A DNA stretch of 32,000 nt from Ignicoccus islandicus DSM 13165 (GTDB lineage Archaea > Thermoproteota > Thermoprotei_A > Sulfolobales > Ignicoccaceae): assembly GCF_001481685.1 (NCBI RefSeq), contig NZ_CP006867.1:480001-512000 (forward strand), read 5' to 3'. Under the pieces are notes generated by a model, which saw nothing but the letters and a program-made list of their open reading frames with translations, was not told the origin of the DNA and made no database searches. A program made the position numbers and the translations under genes. This document shows positions 16,229-25,342 of this stretch, one piece after another (positions within the stretch are counted from its first letter, which is position 1; each line of letters starts with the position of its first letter).

Positions 16229-17141
16229 AATGTGGGTATGTGCAAAGGCGTTCTCTAGCTCAGCTAACTTGGGTCCCGGATACGACGTCTTAGCTCTAGC
16301 TCATGACGCGTATTACGATGTCGTATGTGTAAGGAAATCAGAGAAAACCTTCGTCTCTAGAGTCACGGGGGCATACGAAGTTCCCCGAGAGGGCAATAAC
16401 GCCATAGCTGCTGCTGAGGCAACATTGGAGAGTCTAGGTGCAGACATGGGAGTTGAAATTTGGGTTCACAAAGGCGTTCCACCGGGAAGAGGATTAGGTT
16501 CCTCCGGCGCAACTGCTGCTGCAACGGTAAAGGCAATCGAGTTATTATTAGGAAAGGCTCTTGACCCAAACGTTGCGGTAAGAGCAGCAGCTGAAGGCGA
16601 GAGAGCTGCCACCGGTTCCGCACACGCAGACAACGTAGCTGCCTCTTACTTAGGTGGTCTCGTTATGGTAATGTACAATCCTTTGCAAGTGGTCCAGCTA
16701 GGATTTCCGAAGGTAAAGTTCATTGTAGCGACGCCGTGGTTTGATGTTCCTGAAGGGAAGACAGGTCAGGCTAGAAGAGTTTTGCCCAATGAAGTATCGC
16801 TGTCAGACTTGGTAACCATGACCTCCGGGGCTTTAGCTGTGGTTGAAGGTTTGAAACGAGGAGATTCGTCGTTGCTAGCTAGGGGCCTAGAGATGGATCC
16901 TGTTGTAACACCAGCCAGATCGAAGCTGATACCTTGCTATAACGAAGTTTATAAGGCAGCTAAAGACGCTGGCGCTCTAGCTGTGACGATCTCGGGTGCC
17001 GGACCTTCCATAATAATATTAGGCGATGAGGGCTCCGCTAAAGCAGTCATAGAAAAGTGGAAATCGTGTGGAATAGAAGCCTCATATAAAGAGGTAGAAG
17101 TAGCTAAGGGGGCAAGCGCTACTACACCCCCTCACGTTTGA
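16224..17141 (+). CDS. thrB: Homoserine kinase (GHMP family)
   Basis: AFSSSANLGPGYDVLALAHDAYYD, VPPGRGLGSSGATAAATVKAIELLLG, AVTISGAGPSII. Start could be 16203, 16224 or 16239. Confidence 0.92.
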   Translation, partial: VEMWVCAKAFSSSANLGPGYDVLALAHDAYYDVVCVRKSEKTFVSRVTGAYEVPREGNNAIAAAEATLESLGADMGVEIWVHKGVPPGRGLGSSGATAAATVKAIELLLGKALDPNVAVRAAAEGERAATGSAHADNVAASYLGGLVMVMYNPLQVVQLGFPKVKFIVATPWFDVPEGKTGQARRVLPNEVSLSDLVTMTSGALAVVEGLKRGDSSLLARGLEMDPVVTPARSKLIPCYNEVYKAAKDAGALAVTISGAGPSIIILGDEGSAKAVIEKWKSCGIEASYKEVEVAKGASATTPPHV

Positions 17142-18205
17142 TCCATAATGAATCTTTCTATTAGTATCATTGAGACGGCGGTCGCCAATATTGATATCAT
17201 ACCATATATTAACATTGTAGGTACGTCGCTTTGAAGTATTACCTTCAACATCTCACCGTAAGTAGCAGTCGCTGGAACGGACGCTAATACGCTACCTATC
17301 TTTACCAATATCATCGAGCTTATAGTCCATGTTAATAATACTATTGCGTCTCTCCATACGTTTACGTCCCTCCGTCTTATTTTTTCGATGATGTTAGTCA
17401 GTAACAATAGAGCTATGCCGGCTGCTAGATACGGGAACGCGTTAGTAATTATGGCTGATATAGATCTTATATTGATCCCACCATACTGCTGGACCGTCAA
17501 GTAGCTAACTACGAGCGCTATCAGCATCGAGGTAGAACTTATCAGCGTAAATGCCATTGAAATGGGGTTGGTTTTCCACCAGTTAATTATCCTCTCGTCT
17601 AGTTCGAAACCTCTAATTATCATCGATAAACCCACGAGCATTCCGATAATTGGGATGGCATAGCTCATCAATCCAGTCAAGCTGAGCAGACTGAACGTGA
17701 AGATGAGTAATCCGGGGAATCCTAGGGTATACCTTGCGAACCTTTTCTCTGTAAGGGCTTTCCTTAAGAACTTTGTTAACAGAACGTATAATTGTTCTAT
17801 ATTCCTGGATTGTTCAACTATGACCCTTCGGGTATAGGCAACTCTGGCTAACTCCGATATGGCGTTAACTACGTTCTCATCTTCGGGATTATCGGTAACT
17901 ACAATAATTTCATCGATGTTGTATTTCTTAACGAGTTCGGCTACTTGTTCTTGGACCTTCTTAATGGCATAGTAGCCACCTCTCTGAGATCCAGAAACTA
18001 TTGCTACGAGCGATTCCTCGCCGAGAGTTTTGGCTTCTTGAAGCGCGGCGAAAATCGCATTTAAATCGGAATCCTCTGGACGTTCAATACCAAACTTAAC
18101 TGCCGCGTTTACGACCTCATCCCAACCAACAACGGGTGTCTTTATTCCGACTCTACCCAAATCATCATCGATATCAACCGAGATCACCAAGGTCTTCTTC
18201 AAATC
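17132..18205 (-). CDS. DUF373 family predicted membrane protein
   Basis: TLVISVDIDDDLGRVGIKTPVVGWDEVVNAAVKFGIERPEDSDLNAIFAAL followed by multiple TM helices; recognised as DUF373 architecture. Confidence 0.9.
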   Translation of the reverse strand, partial: DLKKTLVISVDIDDDLGRVGIKTPVVGWDEVVNAAVKFGIERPEDSDLNAIFAALQEAKTLGEESLVAIVSGSQRGGYYAIKKVQEQVAELVKKYNIDEIIVVTDNPEDENVVNAISELARVAYTRRVIVEQSRNIEQLYVLLTKFLRKALTEKRFARYTLGFPGLLIFTFSLLSLTGLMSYAIPIIGMLVGLSMIIRGFELDERIINWWKTNPISMAFTLISSTSMLIALVVSYLTVQQYGGINIRSISAIITNAFPYLAAGIALLLLTNIIEKIRRRDVNVWRDAIVLLTWTISSMILVKIGSVLASVPATATYGEMLKVILQSDVPTMLIYGMISILATAVSMILIERFIMDQT

Positions 18206-19061
18206 CATCCCCCATAAGTATCTTGAATTCCTCAAAGGTCAGCGGTTCACCACGCTCCATTTTCTCCATAGCTCTCCTTTTAAGTTCCTCTATCATTTCA
18301 ATTCCTTTACTCATCTTAACTTTCTTATCGAGGTTCTTTAGCTCGTCAATTAATTTCCTCTTCTCTTCCTCTAACCGAGCCACTTCGCTGTCTATTTCCT
18401 CTATCTTTTTAGATAGTTCCTCTATTTTTGGAGTTAACTCATCGATCTTTGAGTTTAGGTTATTAACTACTTCTCTGACATTATTAATCCTGTTATCAAG
18501 TTCGCTAATTTCCTCGGATTTCTTTCTTATCATTTGATCGTAGTCCCTTAGAAGTATCTTTAATCTAGCTAGCTCGGCCCTTAGCTCTAGTAGTTTCTTC
18601 TTTTTCTCTTCTACTTCCATTGCTTTCTCGAGCAAGCTTTCGAGTCTCGCTATCTTCCTTATCAGTTCCTCTTCTTCCTCACGCGTCAGCACGCTAGTTT
18701 GTTGTTTCCATTCTAGGTACTGGATTCGTTTCCTTAAGGCCTCAATCGACTTAATAGTTTTGGAATTAGTCACAGTTGATTTGAGCGACCGTAGTTCGTT
18801 TAGGACTTTATTGAGTTCCTCCCTAACCTTTCGTCTTTCCTCCCTGAGTCTTCTAACTTCTTCAACTTTACTCTTTCTTTCGTTTATTAGTTCCCTCAGC
18901 CTTTGCGTTTCGTTCTTCTTCTCATTTATTAGATTTTTTCTATCGTTCCTCAATTTCCTAACTGTTTGTATTAGCTGTCTTCTCTCTTCTTTTAGCTCCT
19001 TCAGTCTCTCGTTAACTTCGTCCAATCTTTTCTCCAATTCCTTATAACCAGCCATACTCAT
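18174..19061 (-). CDS. Coiled-coil protein (COG1340-like)
   Basis: ~250 residues of continuous charged heptad-like sequence (ELEKRLDEVNERLKELKEERRQLIQTVRKLRN...) and terminal GEPLTFEEFKILMGDG. Confidence 0.85.
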   Translation of the reverse strand: MSMAGYKELEKRLDEVNERLKELKEERRQLIQTVRKLRNDRKNLINEKKNETQRLRELINERKSKVEEVRRLREERRKVREELNKVLNELRSLKSTVTNSKTIKSIEALRKRIQYLEWKQQTSVLTREEEEELIRKIARLESLLEKAMEVEEKKKKLLELRAELARLKILLRDYDQMIRKKSEEISELDNRINNVREVVNNLNSKIDELTPKIEELSKKIEEIDSEVARLEEEKRKLIDELKNLDKKVKMSKGIEMIEELKRRAMEKMERGEPLTFEEFKILMGDGFEEDLGDLG

Positions 19062-19079
19062 GGCGACATCCCCTTAGAC

Positions 19080-19844
19080 TTAGGTTGAATAGTCTTCACC
19101 GCCATAGAGTTCGCGTTGTATGGAGGCATACAGATTGTCAAGCCCCTCCTCTGTTAGAGCGGAGACGGTTATAACGTCTCCAAATTCGTGGGTAGTAAGC
19201 ATTTCAATTAACCTACTAACAATTCCGCTTTCTTCCCCTTGAACGTCTAACAAAATGGACTCCGGTTCCTCGAGCCATCGACTGAGCTTCTCTAGTTGCT
19301 GCAATGATAATAAATCAACTTTATTCAATGCCATCGATTGAGGCAACCTCAACCGTAACTTGACGCTAATGCCAAGAGTTAAGAGCGATGTGAAAGCGTA
19401 TGGATCGAGATCATAATCGCCTTTTGAAATTACGGATGAATCTATAACGTAAACCAGCGTACTCTTATCGTTCATGCTTAACCTCTCGATAATACCAGTT
19501 GTTACCTTCCTAAAAGCGAAGAGCTCTATTTGACCGGGCGTATCTACTATCACGTAGTCCGCATTATATTCCTCCACTTCGTTCCTTAGGAACTCGACGT
19601 GGTTGTATATTTCGTCAACTGCCCTTATCATAGCTCCGTTAGGTCCTAACCCGCTTTCTAAGAACTTCTCATAGGAAACGTACCTCCTTACGTCTACGTC
19701 AGGTTCGTAAGGTAAGTACCTAACTGCTGGATCTAGATTAACTATACATACGCTTAATTGATGATCCTCTAGCCATTCGCTAAACGATTTAGTTAAGAGA
19801 CTCTTCCCAGACGCTGCTGTTCCAACAATGTAAACAAAGAACAA
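19080..19844 (-). CDS. GPN-loop GTPase (XAB1/GPN1-like)
   Basis: Walker A GTAASGKS, NLDPAVRYLPYEPDVDVRRYV, GLGPNGAMIRA (GPN loop), DTPGQIELFAF, NKVDLL. Confidence 0.96.
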   Translation of the reverse strand: MFFVYIVGTAASGKSLLTKSFSEWLEDHQLSVCIVNLDPAVRYLPYEPDVDVRRYVSYEKFLESGLGPNGAMIRAVDEIYNHVEFLRNEVEEYNADYVIVDTPGQIELFAFRKVTTGIIERLSMNDKSTLVYVIDSSVISKGDYDLDPYAFTSLLTLGISVKLRLRLPQSMALNKVDLLSLQQLEKLSRWLEEPESILLDVQGEESGIVSRLIEMLTTHEFGDVITVSALTEEGLDNLYASIQRELYGGEDYST

Positions 19845-19961
19845 CTCACCTTGACCCGAGCACCTACTTCACTAACTCTCAATTAACTTTAGTCAAGGTA
19901 CCGCGCTCTGCACTCAGCTTATATTATATTAAAAGTAATTAGAATATCGAGGATGTAACTC

Positions 19962-20939
19962 ATGCTCAAAGCAAAAGACATTATGAGAACCGACTTTCCT
20001 AAGGCTTCTCCAGACGAGACATTGGACAAAGTACTTGAAAAAATGTTGCAACACGAATACGGCGGAGTATTGGTTCTGACCGAAGAAGGAGAGCTTGAAG
20101 GGGTAGTAACTGAGAGGGACGTACTTAGGGTTATATCCTCGAAAAAGAATCTCGGGGACGTAAAAGTAGGAGAAGTTGTGAAGAAGACCGTAATAGTAGT
20201 GTACGCTGACGTACCATTTAAGATGGTTCTCCAATTGTTCGGTGCATATAAGATAAGGAGGCTCCCGGTCATAGATAGCGAGGGTAAGGTAGTTGGCGTT
20301 ATAAGCTCTACAGACGCAGTCTACAGAGGCATACCTAAGGTCTTACATCCTCTCGCTGGGAAGTTGAGGGACGTAATTGAAGAACCAGTAGAGGTGGAGG
20401 ACGATCTCTGGAACGCAGTTTCAGTAATATTAGAGAAAGGTCTAGATGGCGTGTTCGTAGGCGATAAGTTAATTTCTCAAAGGAGTTTATTGAGGGCGTA
20501 CTTAGAGGGAGGTAAGCCTTCCGATTACTCAGAGCCTTACGTAACGTTACCTTCGGATACTCCTTTGAAGAACGTCGCAGAAATAATGAGGTTAAACGGA
20601 GTCAGGTTCGTCGTAAACGAGGAAAAGAAATACGCCTTCACTCGTCAGATAGCAATAGGTTCGGCCGAGCTAGTAGAAAACGTCATAAAGAGTTACGTTC
20701 TCATCGATATAAAAACGGGGAACGAATCTCAAGCTGTTCGCGAACTGTATAGTATACCCAACGTAGTATCTTACGAATACGTAACAGGACCATTCGATCT
20801 AGTACTAACTCTCCTAGGAAGTTCGATCGATGAAATAACTGATATAGTTATGAACCACGTAAGGTCCAAGCCGTACGTTAATGATACCCTTACATTAATA
20901 GTCTTTGATGCAAAGACCAGCAAGGTGGAAAGGGAATGA
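19962..20939 (+). CDS. CBS-domain protein (four CBS motifs)
   Basis: AKDIMRTDFPKASPDETLDKVLEKMLQHEYGGVLVLTEEGELEGVVTERDVLR and three further CBS-like units. Confidence 0.88.
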   Translation: MLKAKDIMRTDFPKASPDETLDKVLEKMLQHEYGGVLVLTEEGELEGVVTERDVLRVISSKKNLGDVKVGEVVKKTVIVVYADVPFKMVLQLFGAYKIRRLPVIDSEGKVVGVISSTDAVYRGIPKVLHPLAGKLRDVIEEPVEVEDDLWNAVSVILEKGLDGVFVGDKLISQRSLLRAYLEGGKPSDYSEPYVTLPSDTPLKNVAEIMRLNGVRFVVNEEKKYAFTRQIAIGSAELVENVIKSYVLIDIKTGNESQAVRELYSIPNVVSYEYVTGPFDLVLTLLGSSIDEITDIVMNHVRSKPYVNDTLTLIVFDAKTSKVERE

Positions 20940-21373
20940 CAATACTAGTTTTCGATGACTCTGAGAAGCTACGTGACTATATTGGGAGATTAAAGAAAGA
21001 AATTGAAGAAAAGAGAAGGATCGTTGATAAATTAATGGCCAGATACGAAGAAGAGGTAGCGGAACTAGAAGTGTTAAAGAAAATGGGAGCTACAGTTGAT
21101 GAAAAAGAGGCTACATTGAAGATGGAAATAGACGGAGTACCTCTCTATATAAAACCTAATCCCTTGAAGGTGTATGAACTCCTCAAGAGAATAAAAAGCG
21201 AAATAGAAGCAGAAGAGAAATCTATTTCGACCCTAGAATCGATAGCAGAAAAACTATCGAGCCTTCCCGGTTTCGCGGTCATAGTAGAGGTAAAGAACGG
21301 TAATATTGTAGCAGCATACATGGATAGAGTAGGGTCAATTTCTCTTACTTCAGCAGAGTCTGAAAAAAGCTAA
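20936..21373 (+). CDS. Hypothetical coiled-coil protein
   Basis: 4-nt ATGA overlap with the CBS gene; N-terminal coiled coil EKLRDYIGRLKKEIEEKRRIVDKLMARYEEEVAELEVLKKMG. Confidence 0.72.
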   Translation: MTILVFDDSEKLRDYIGRLKKEIEEKRRIVDKLMARYEEEVAELEVLKKMGATVDEKEATLKMEIDGVPLYIKPNPLKVYELLKRIKSEIEAEEKSISTLESIAEKLSSLPGFAVIVEVKNGNIVAAYMDRVGSISLTSAESEKS

Positions 21374-21378
21374 AGCGT

Positions 21379-22410
21379 TTACTTTTTAATTAATTCGAAG
21401 GATAGCATTTCACTTATTTTGCTAATATCTATTCCAAGTCTCTTTCCGCTTACTATGGTAGATATGTCTTCTGCGTCAAGCCTGTATAATAGCATTAGAG
21501 CAACCAAGGTTGATGGACGGAAGGGATAACCTGCAAAGACCGCTTCCGCTCTCTTTCTTTGAATCCTCTTTCCATTAACCAAGAGTTTGCCTAACGCGTC
21601 GTATAGGTCATCTGGCAATCCCTCACCATACGGCGTTCTTCTAAGTATCGGAACAATATCATCTCTCTTAGATTGAAGAATTTGCGAAACCACCTCTGGA
21701 TGACAGCTTGGAATCTGGGTCTTAGGTTCGATTCCTTCAATAACTAATCGAGCGGCCATTACGAACGACAAAGTATCTATTCTAGGGCATAGTAATTTCG
21801 TGAACTCGATCCTACTGGTACCTACGTTAACCTTCTTACCTATTCTGTTAGTCAATCGCAAGAGGGCGTTTAGAAGAGCAACGTCGAGAGCCAATACCAT
21901 TGCCTTCTCGTCATTGGTGCTTCTAAATAACTCCAGTGAGTACTCGATATCACGTGCCATTCTAAAACCTTTTAAGCCTTGAGCGAGGGCCTCGAAGCCT
22001 CTCTCCTTCAATAACGTTTTCAAAGTTGATATCAGTGGATCCTCAGTGAATATTAGGTATTCCTCTACCTCTTCAATAGGCTTATTGGAGGCTTTAGCTC
22101 TCAATAACAACATGACGTCTCTTGCTCTGACGTAATCTTTCATGACTTCAATCAATAACCTCATGTCCATCGAGTTGACGTGTGCTCTCAAAGCGTCTAG
22201 TACTTGTAGATACTTTTTGTACGCTTCTCTTTCGACCGCTTCGGGTTTACTTAGGTCTACTGAAATTCCTTCGAGCCACGTGCCTTTCAAAGCGTTCTTG
22301 ATTTCGTCCTCGTTCTCAGCAGTCAGTAACGAAAGAACTCTCTCGTAAGTGAGCGATTGACCCCTGTAATAGTAAACGACAGGAGCAATAGATATCATTT
22401 CGGACGACAA
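21379..22410 (-). CDS. atpC: A-type ATP synthase subunit C
   Basis: YYYRGQSLTYERVLSLLTAENEDEIKNALKGTWL, LRAHVNSMDMRLLIEVMKDYVRARDVMLLLRAKASNKPIEEV, DDLYDALGKLL; d/C-subunit-like all-helical protein next to a stalk subunit. Confidence 0.8.
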   Translation of the reverse strand: MSSEMISIAPVVYYYRGQSLTYERVLSLLTAENEDEIKNALKGTWLEGISVDLSKPEAVEREAYKKYLQVLDALRAHVNSMDMRLLIEVMKDYVRARDVMLLLRAKASNKPIEEVEEYLIFTEDPLISTLKTLLKERGFEALAQGLKGFRMARDIEYSLELFRSTNDEKAMVLALDVALLNALLRLTNRIGKKVNVGTSRIEFTKLLCPRIDTLSFVMAARLVIEGIEPKTQIPSCHPEVVSQILQSKRDDIVPILRRTPYGEGLPDDLYDALGKLLVNGKRIQRKRAEAVFAGYPFRPSTLVALMLLYRLDAEDISTIVSGKRLGIDISKISEMLSFELIKK

Positions 22411-22418
22411 GGGTCAAC

Positions 22419-22772
22419 TCACCCTAGGAGCGAGTTAACTATCATTTCAACTGCCTTAGGGACTCTTTCCCCCATTTTAGCGGAAGCTTCCTCAACTGTA
22501 ACTTCTATTTCCTTCTCCTTGCTTTTTCGGATCTCATTGATCAAAGCGTTGAGTCTTTCCTCTAATTCCTTGGCTATCTCTTCAAGTTTCTCTTTGGCTA
22601 ATCTTTCTAGTGCGTTAGCTTCAGTAGCGGCTTCGGCTACTAACTTTCCCGCTTCCTCTTCACATTGATTGACTATCTTAATGACGTTTCCTTCAGCCTC
22701 TTGGTAGGTCAATAGGAACTCATTGAATTTTTCGTTTATCGTTTTGATTCTGTTGTTCATAACCATTCTCAC
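22419..22772 (-). CDS. A-type ATP synthase peripheral-stalk (H/G-like) subunit
   Basis: Short helical protein (EAEGNVIKIVNQCEEEAGKLVAEAATEANALERLAKEKLEEIAKELEERLNALINEIRKSKEKE) directly upstream of subunit C. Confidence 0.62.
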   Translation of the reverse strand: MRMVMNNRIKTINEKFNEFLLTYQEAEGNVIKIVNQCEEEAGKLVAEAATEANALERLAKEKLEEIAKELEERLNALINEIRKSKEKEIEVTVEEASAKMGERVPKAVEMIVNSLLG

Positions 22773-22903
22773 CCTTAGTTACTAATTAGAAGGAGGCTTA
22801 AATGGACTCCTCCAGATGTTTTCCTTTACAAGGTAACTTAAGCTATATAATACATTCAAAAATTAAACTGAAAGTAAGTTAGAGTGAATAGGGACAGTAA
22901 AGC

Positions 22904-23482
22904 GTGAGAACCGAACTTAAGGGGAGCTCGGAACTGGTCGGGGCATTGCTACTACTCGCTATCGTTCTAGGGCTTTCGACGTACTACTTAGTACCGACCT
23001 TCACGGCCGTTGAAAAGTACTCTAAGTATGTGGAGAAATATTTAGAAATGATAGATTTACGATCTAGAGTTTACGAACTCTTCGTCGGTCCAGTAGGAGC
23101 AGTGCCGGGAGGAATGTGTTCGGTCGCAAACACAGATTTGGTATGTAGTGTGAGCTTCCCATATCTAGGGGTACCGGGGGCCGTAATACCCGAAGCCGTA
23201 TACGTTCTAAGCGACGGAATGATAAGTTGCGTTCCTAAAGACTTCGTGGTAACGCACACGAGAGTTAGTATCGAGAGGATACAGTACTACAGTATGTCAA
23301 TCATAGTAACCTTCAAGTCATGTGAGGTGAACAACAGTTACGCGAAGCTCGCAGTAGGGTTCGTTAAGCCGGTAACAGTTGGTTTAGAATCAACAGTGAA
23401 TGACGGAACGACCACTTCAACCGTTTCCTTCCTAAATGCCAATCCTCCAGTGATTTTCACCATCTACGTTCCAGTTAAATGA
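22904..23482 (+). CDS. Type IV pilin/archaellin-like protein with class III signal peptide
   Basis: MRTELKGSSELVGALLLLAIVLGLSTYYLVP: basic leader, putative cleavage after KG, Glu at +3 then hydrophobic helix; secreted Cys-containing beta-rich remainder. Confidence 0.65.
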   Translation: MRTELKGSSELVGALLLLAIVLGLSTYYLVPTFTAVEKYSKYVEKYLEMIDLRSRVYELFVGPVGAVPGGMCSVANTDLVCSVSFPYLGVPGAVIPEAVYVLSDGMISCVPKDFVVTHTRVSIERIQYYSMSIIVTFKSCEVNNSYAKLAVGFVKPVTVGLESTVNDGTTTSTVSFLNANPPVIFTIYVPVK

Positions 23483-23505
23483 AGCACATTAGGAGGTGCG
23501 AAATA

Positions 23506-24048
23506 ATGGCTAAGGGATTAGGTTCCCTGGAAACTGCAATTCTGATATCCGTCGTAACCCTCATTTCAGCTGGTATACTGACGTGGATGATAAATGCCAA
23601 ACCCTCCTCAGAAGAGAAGGGTGGACAATTATTCGTAAGCGCGATGGCAGTGGGATTTAAAGAAGTGAGTGGAAACCTTACGGAGTGGTTCAATGGAGGC
23701 GGTACAATAAAAGTATCATTGCCCAACGTTAGCGACAAAGTGTACTTATACAAACCTTCGTTTGACGTAATCGGACCCTTTGGAGATAAAGAGAAAGCAA
23801 AGAGCGTAATTCTGGGAAGGGTTTTAGCCGGAAGGGGATGCATAAGTGGAGTCAAGATCTACGATCTAAATAGTTCAACTATTGCAATAGTTCAGATAAG
23901 TACCCAAAACAACGAGTGCGTAAGGGTGAGGAGAGGTCAAATTATTATGGTGTACGTACCAATACTCCTAGACAAGTTCGCTAACATTAAATTCTTTGGA
24001 CCTAGTCACATCCATACCTTAAACGTATGGATGACTCAAGTACGTTAG
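23506..24048 (+). CDS. Type IV pilin-like protein with class III signal peptide
   Basis: MAKGLGSLETAILISVVTLISAGILTWMINA: leader, KG cleavage-like site, Glu at +5. GGAGGTG 7 nt upstream of ATG 23506. Confidence 0.65.
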   Translation: MAKGLGSLETAILISVVTLISAGILTWMINAKPSSEEKGGQLFVSAMAVGFKEVSGNLTEWFNGGGTIKVSLPNVSDKVYLYKPSFDVIGPFGDKEKAKSVILGRVLAGRGCISGVKIYDLNSSTIAIVQISTQNNECVRVRRGQIIMVYVPILLDKFANIKFFGPSHIHTLNVWMTQVR

Positions 24049-24126
24049 GTTTCATTAAATAGTTCGAATAAAGCTTATTTTTGATACGTTTACAAAGACC
24101 ACAATGGAAGGGACTCGAAACTTCCT

Positions 24127-24205
24127 GGCCCCGTAGTCTAGCCTGGACTAGGACGCCGGCCTGCGGAGCCGGTGATCCCGGGTTCAAATCCCGGCGGGGC
24201 CGCCA
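24127..24205 (+). tRNA. tRNA-Arg (anticodon GCG), CCA encoded
   Basis: GGCCCCGTAGTCTAGCCTGGACTAGGACGCCGGCCTGCGGAGCCGGTGATCCCGGGTTCAAATCCCGGCGGGGCCGCCA. Acceptor GGCCCCG/CGGGGCC, anticodon stem CCGGC/GCCGG with loop CTGCGGA. Confidence 0.96.
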
Positions 24206-24308
24206 TTTAGTCATTCCAGTTTTACTGCGACTGCATCCAATTAGACGCGAAGAGTTACGCCTCCTTGCTTTTTCCTAACTCCAAGTTGATTTCTAGGGAA
24301 AAGAACGA

Positions 24309-24458
24309 TTAAGATTTAAATTTCTTGAACTTCTTCCGGAAGTACAATTCTACTATTATAGCAATAACGGTACCAAATACGAAGCCTAAGATTATGGCTA
24401 ACCACACGTTCTCTGGAGTGGGAGGAAACGGTCCGCGAAAGCTACTTATAAAGGGCAT
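24309..24458 (-). CDS. Small single-pass membrane protein (49 aa), absent from the supplied ORF track
   Basis: Own translation: MPFISSFRGPFPPTPENVWLAIILGFVFGTVIAIIVELYFRKKFKKFKS*. Clean TM helix plus polybasic tail. Confidence 0.55.
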   Translation of the reverse strand: MPFISSFRGPFPPTPENVWLAIILGFVFGTVIAIIVELYFRKKFKKFKS

Positions 24459-24466
24459 GAGCGCGC

Positions 24467-25342
24467 TCACCTATCCCTAATCACGTATTCAACTGCTTCG
24501 CTCAGCTCCTCTATTTCTCTCTTATTAACTTTAAGGAATCCGCCCAAATTCTTAACCGCAAGGGCACCGGCAGCTGTGGCTACCTTCCCAGCTTCTATTA
24601 GGTCGCCCCTTTGAAGGTACGTTGCTAGAAAAGCAGCGGCATATGCATCACCGGCTCCAGTAGTATCAACGACCTCCTCTACTTTCAAGGCCTTGAATTC
24701 AATGACCCTTTCGTTTGTAACTACTATAGAGCCCTTTTCGCCTCTGGTAACTACTAACGCTACGCGCGGAAGGGGTAGGGAAAACGCATCTAAATGAACT
24801 GCTTCAGGCTCGTTTAGGAACAAGAAGTGTAACTCGGGTACTACACCTTCTATTTCTTTCTTCTTATGAAAGGTGAAGGACCCAGGGGAGTAACTTACTG
24901 GAACCTTCTTTAGATACTTTACGACGAACGATGGTTCCTTAGTAGCGACGTGAAGGAGTTGTGAGTTAACGTGTGCAGGGAGATCGGAAGGGGTTAGTAA
25001 GTGAGATACTCCTTTCAGAGAATACATTACTTTACCTTTTGGAGTAGACGCAATGAAAACGATTGATTGTTCGCCTTCCTTCCTTACCGCTTCGAGCTTT
25101 ACGCCAACCTTGAAGAGCTCGTTTTCAATAATTTTCGAGAAAACGCCGTTACCAATAGCTGCATATAGCCTTACATTGCAACCTAACCCAGTAGCCACGA
25201 CTGAAACGTTAGAACCGGAACCTCCGGGAAGCAAAAGCCATTCTTTACATTCCCTTCCTTCATCGAGCGAAGGCAAGTCGTCCAACAATGCTATTAAGTC
25301 CACGTTGGCATTGCCAATTACTGAAAGATCACAGCTTACCAT
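24467..25342 (-). CDS. PfkB-family carbohydrate/nucleoside kinase
   Basis: [49 protein letters not shown]; 7-nt overlap with ahcY. Confidence 0.92.
   Translation of the reverse strand: MVSCDLSVIGNANVDLIALLDDLPSLDEGRECKEWLLLPGGSGSNVSVVATGLGCNVRLYAAIGNGVFSKIIENELFKVGVKLEAVRKEGEQSIVFIASTPKGKVMYSLKGVSHLLTPSDLPAHVNSQLLHVATKEPSFVVKYLKKVPVSYSPGSFTFHKKKEIEGVVPELHFLFLNEPEAVHLDAFSLPLPRVALVVTRGEKGSIVVTNERVIEFKALKVEEVVDTTGAGDAYAAAFLATYLQRGDLIEAGKVATAAGALAVKNLGGFLKVNKREIEELSEAVEYVIRDR

Noticed and set aside
18136-18537. Ser/Leu-rich plus-strand ORFs at 18136..18537 and 18760..19047
   Set aside because: Antisense reading of the Glu/Lys/Arg-rich coiled-coil gene, a common artefact.
24002-24278. Track ORFs 24002..24214 (-) and 24081..24278 (+)
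   Set aside because: They span tRNA-Arg; RPRRDLNPGSPAPQAG is a typical false translation of a tRNA.
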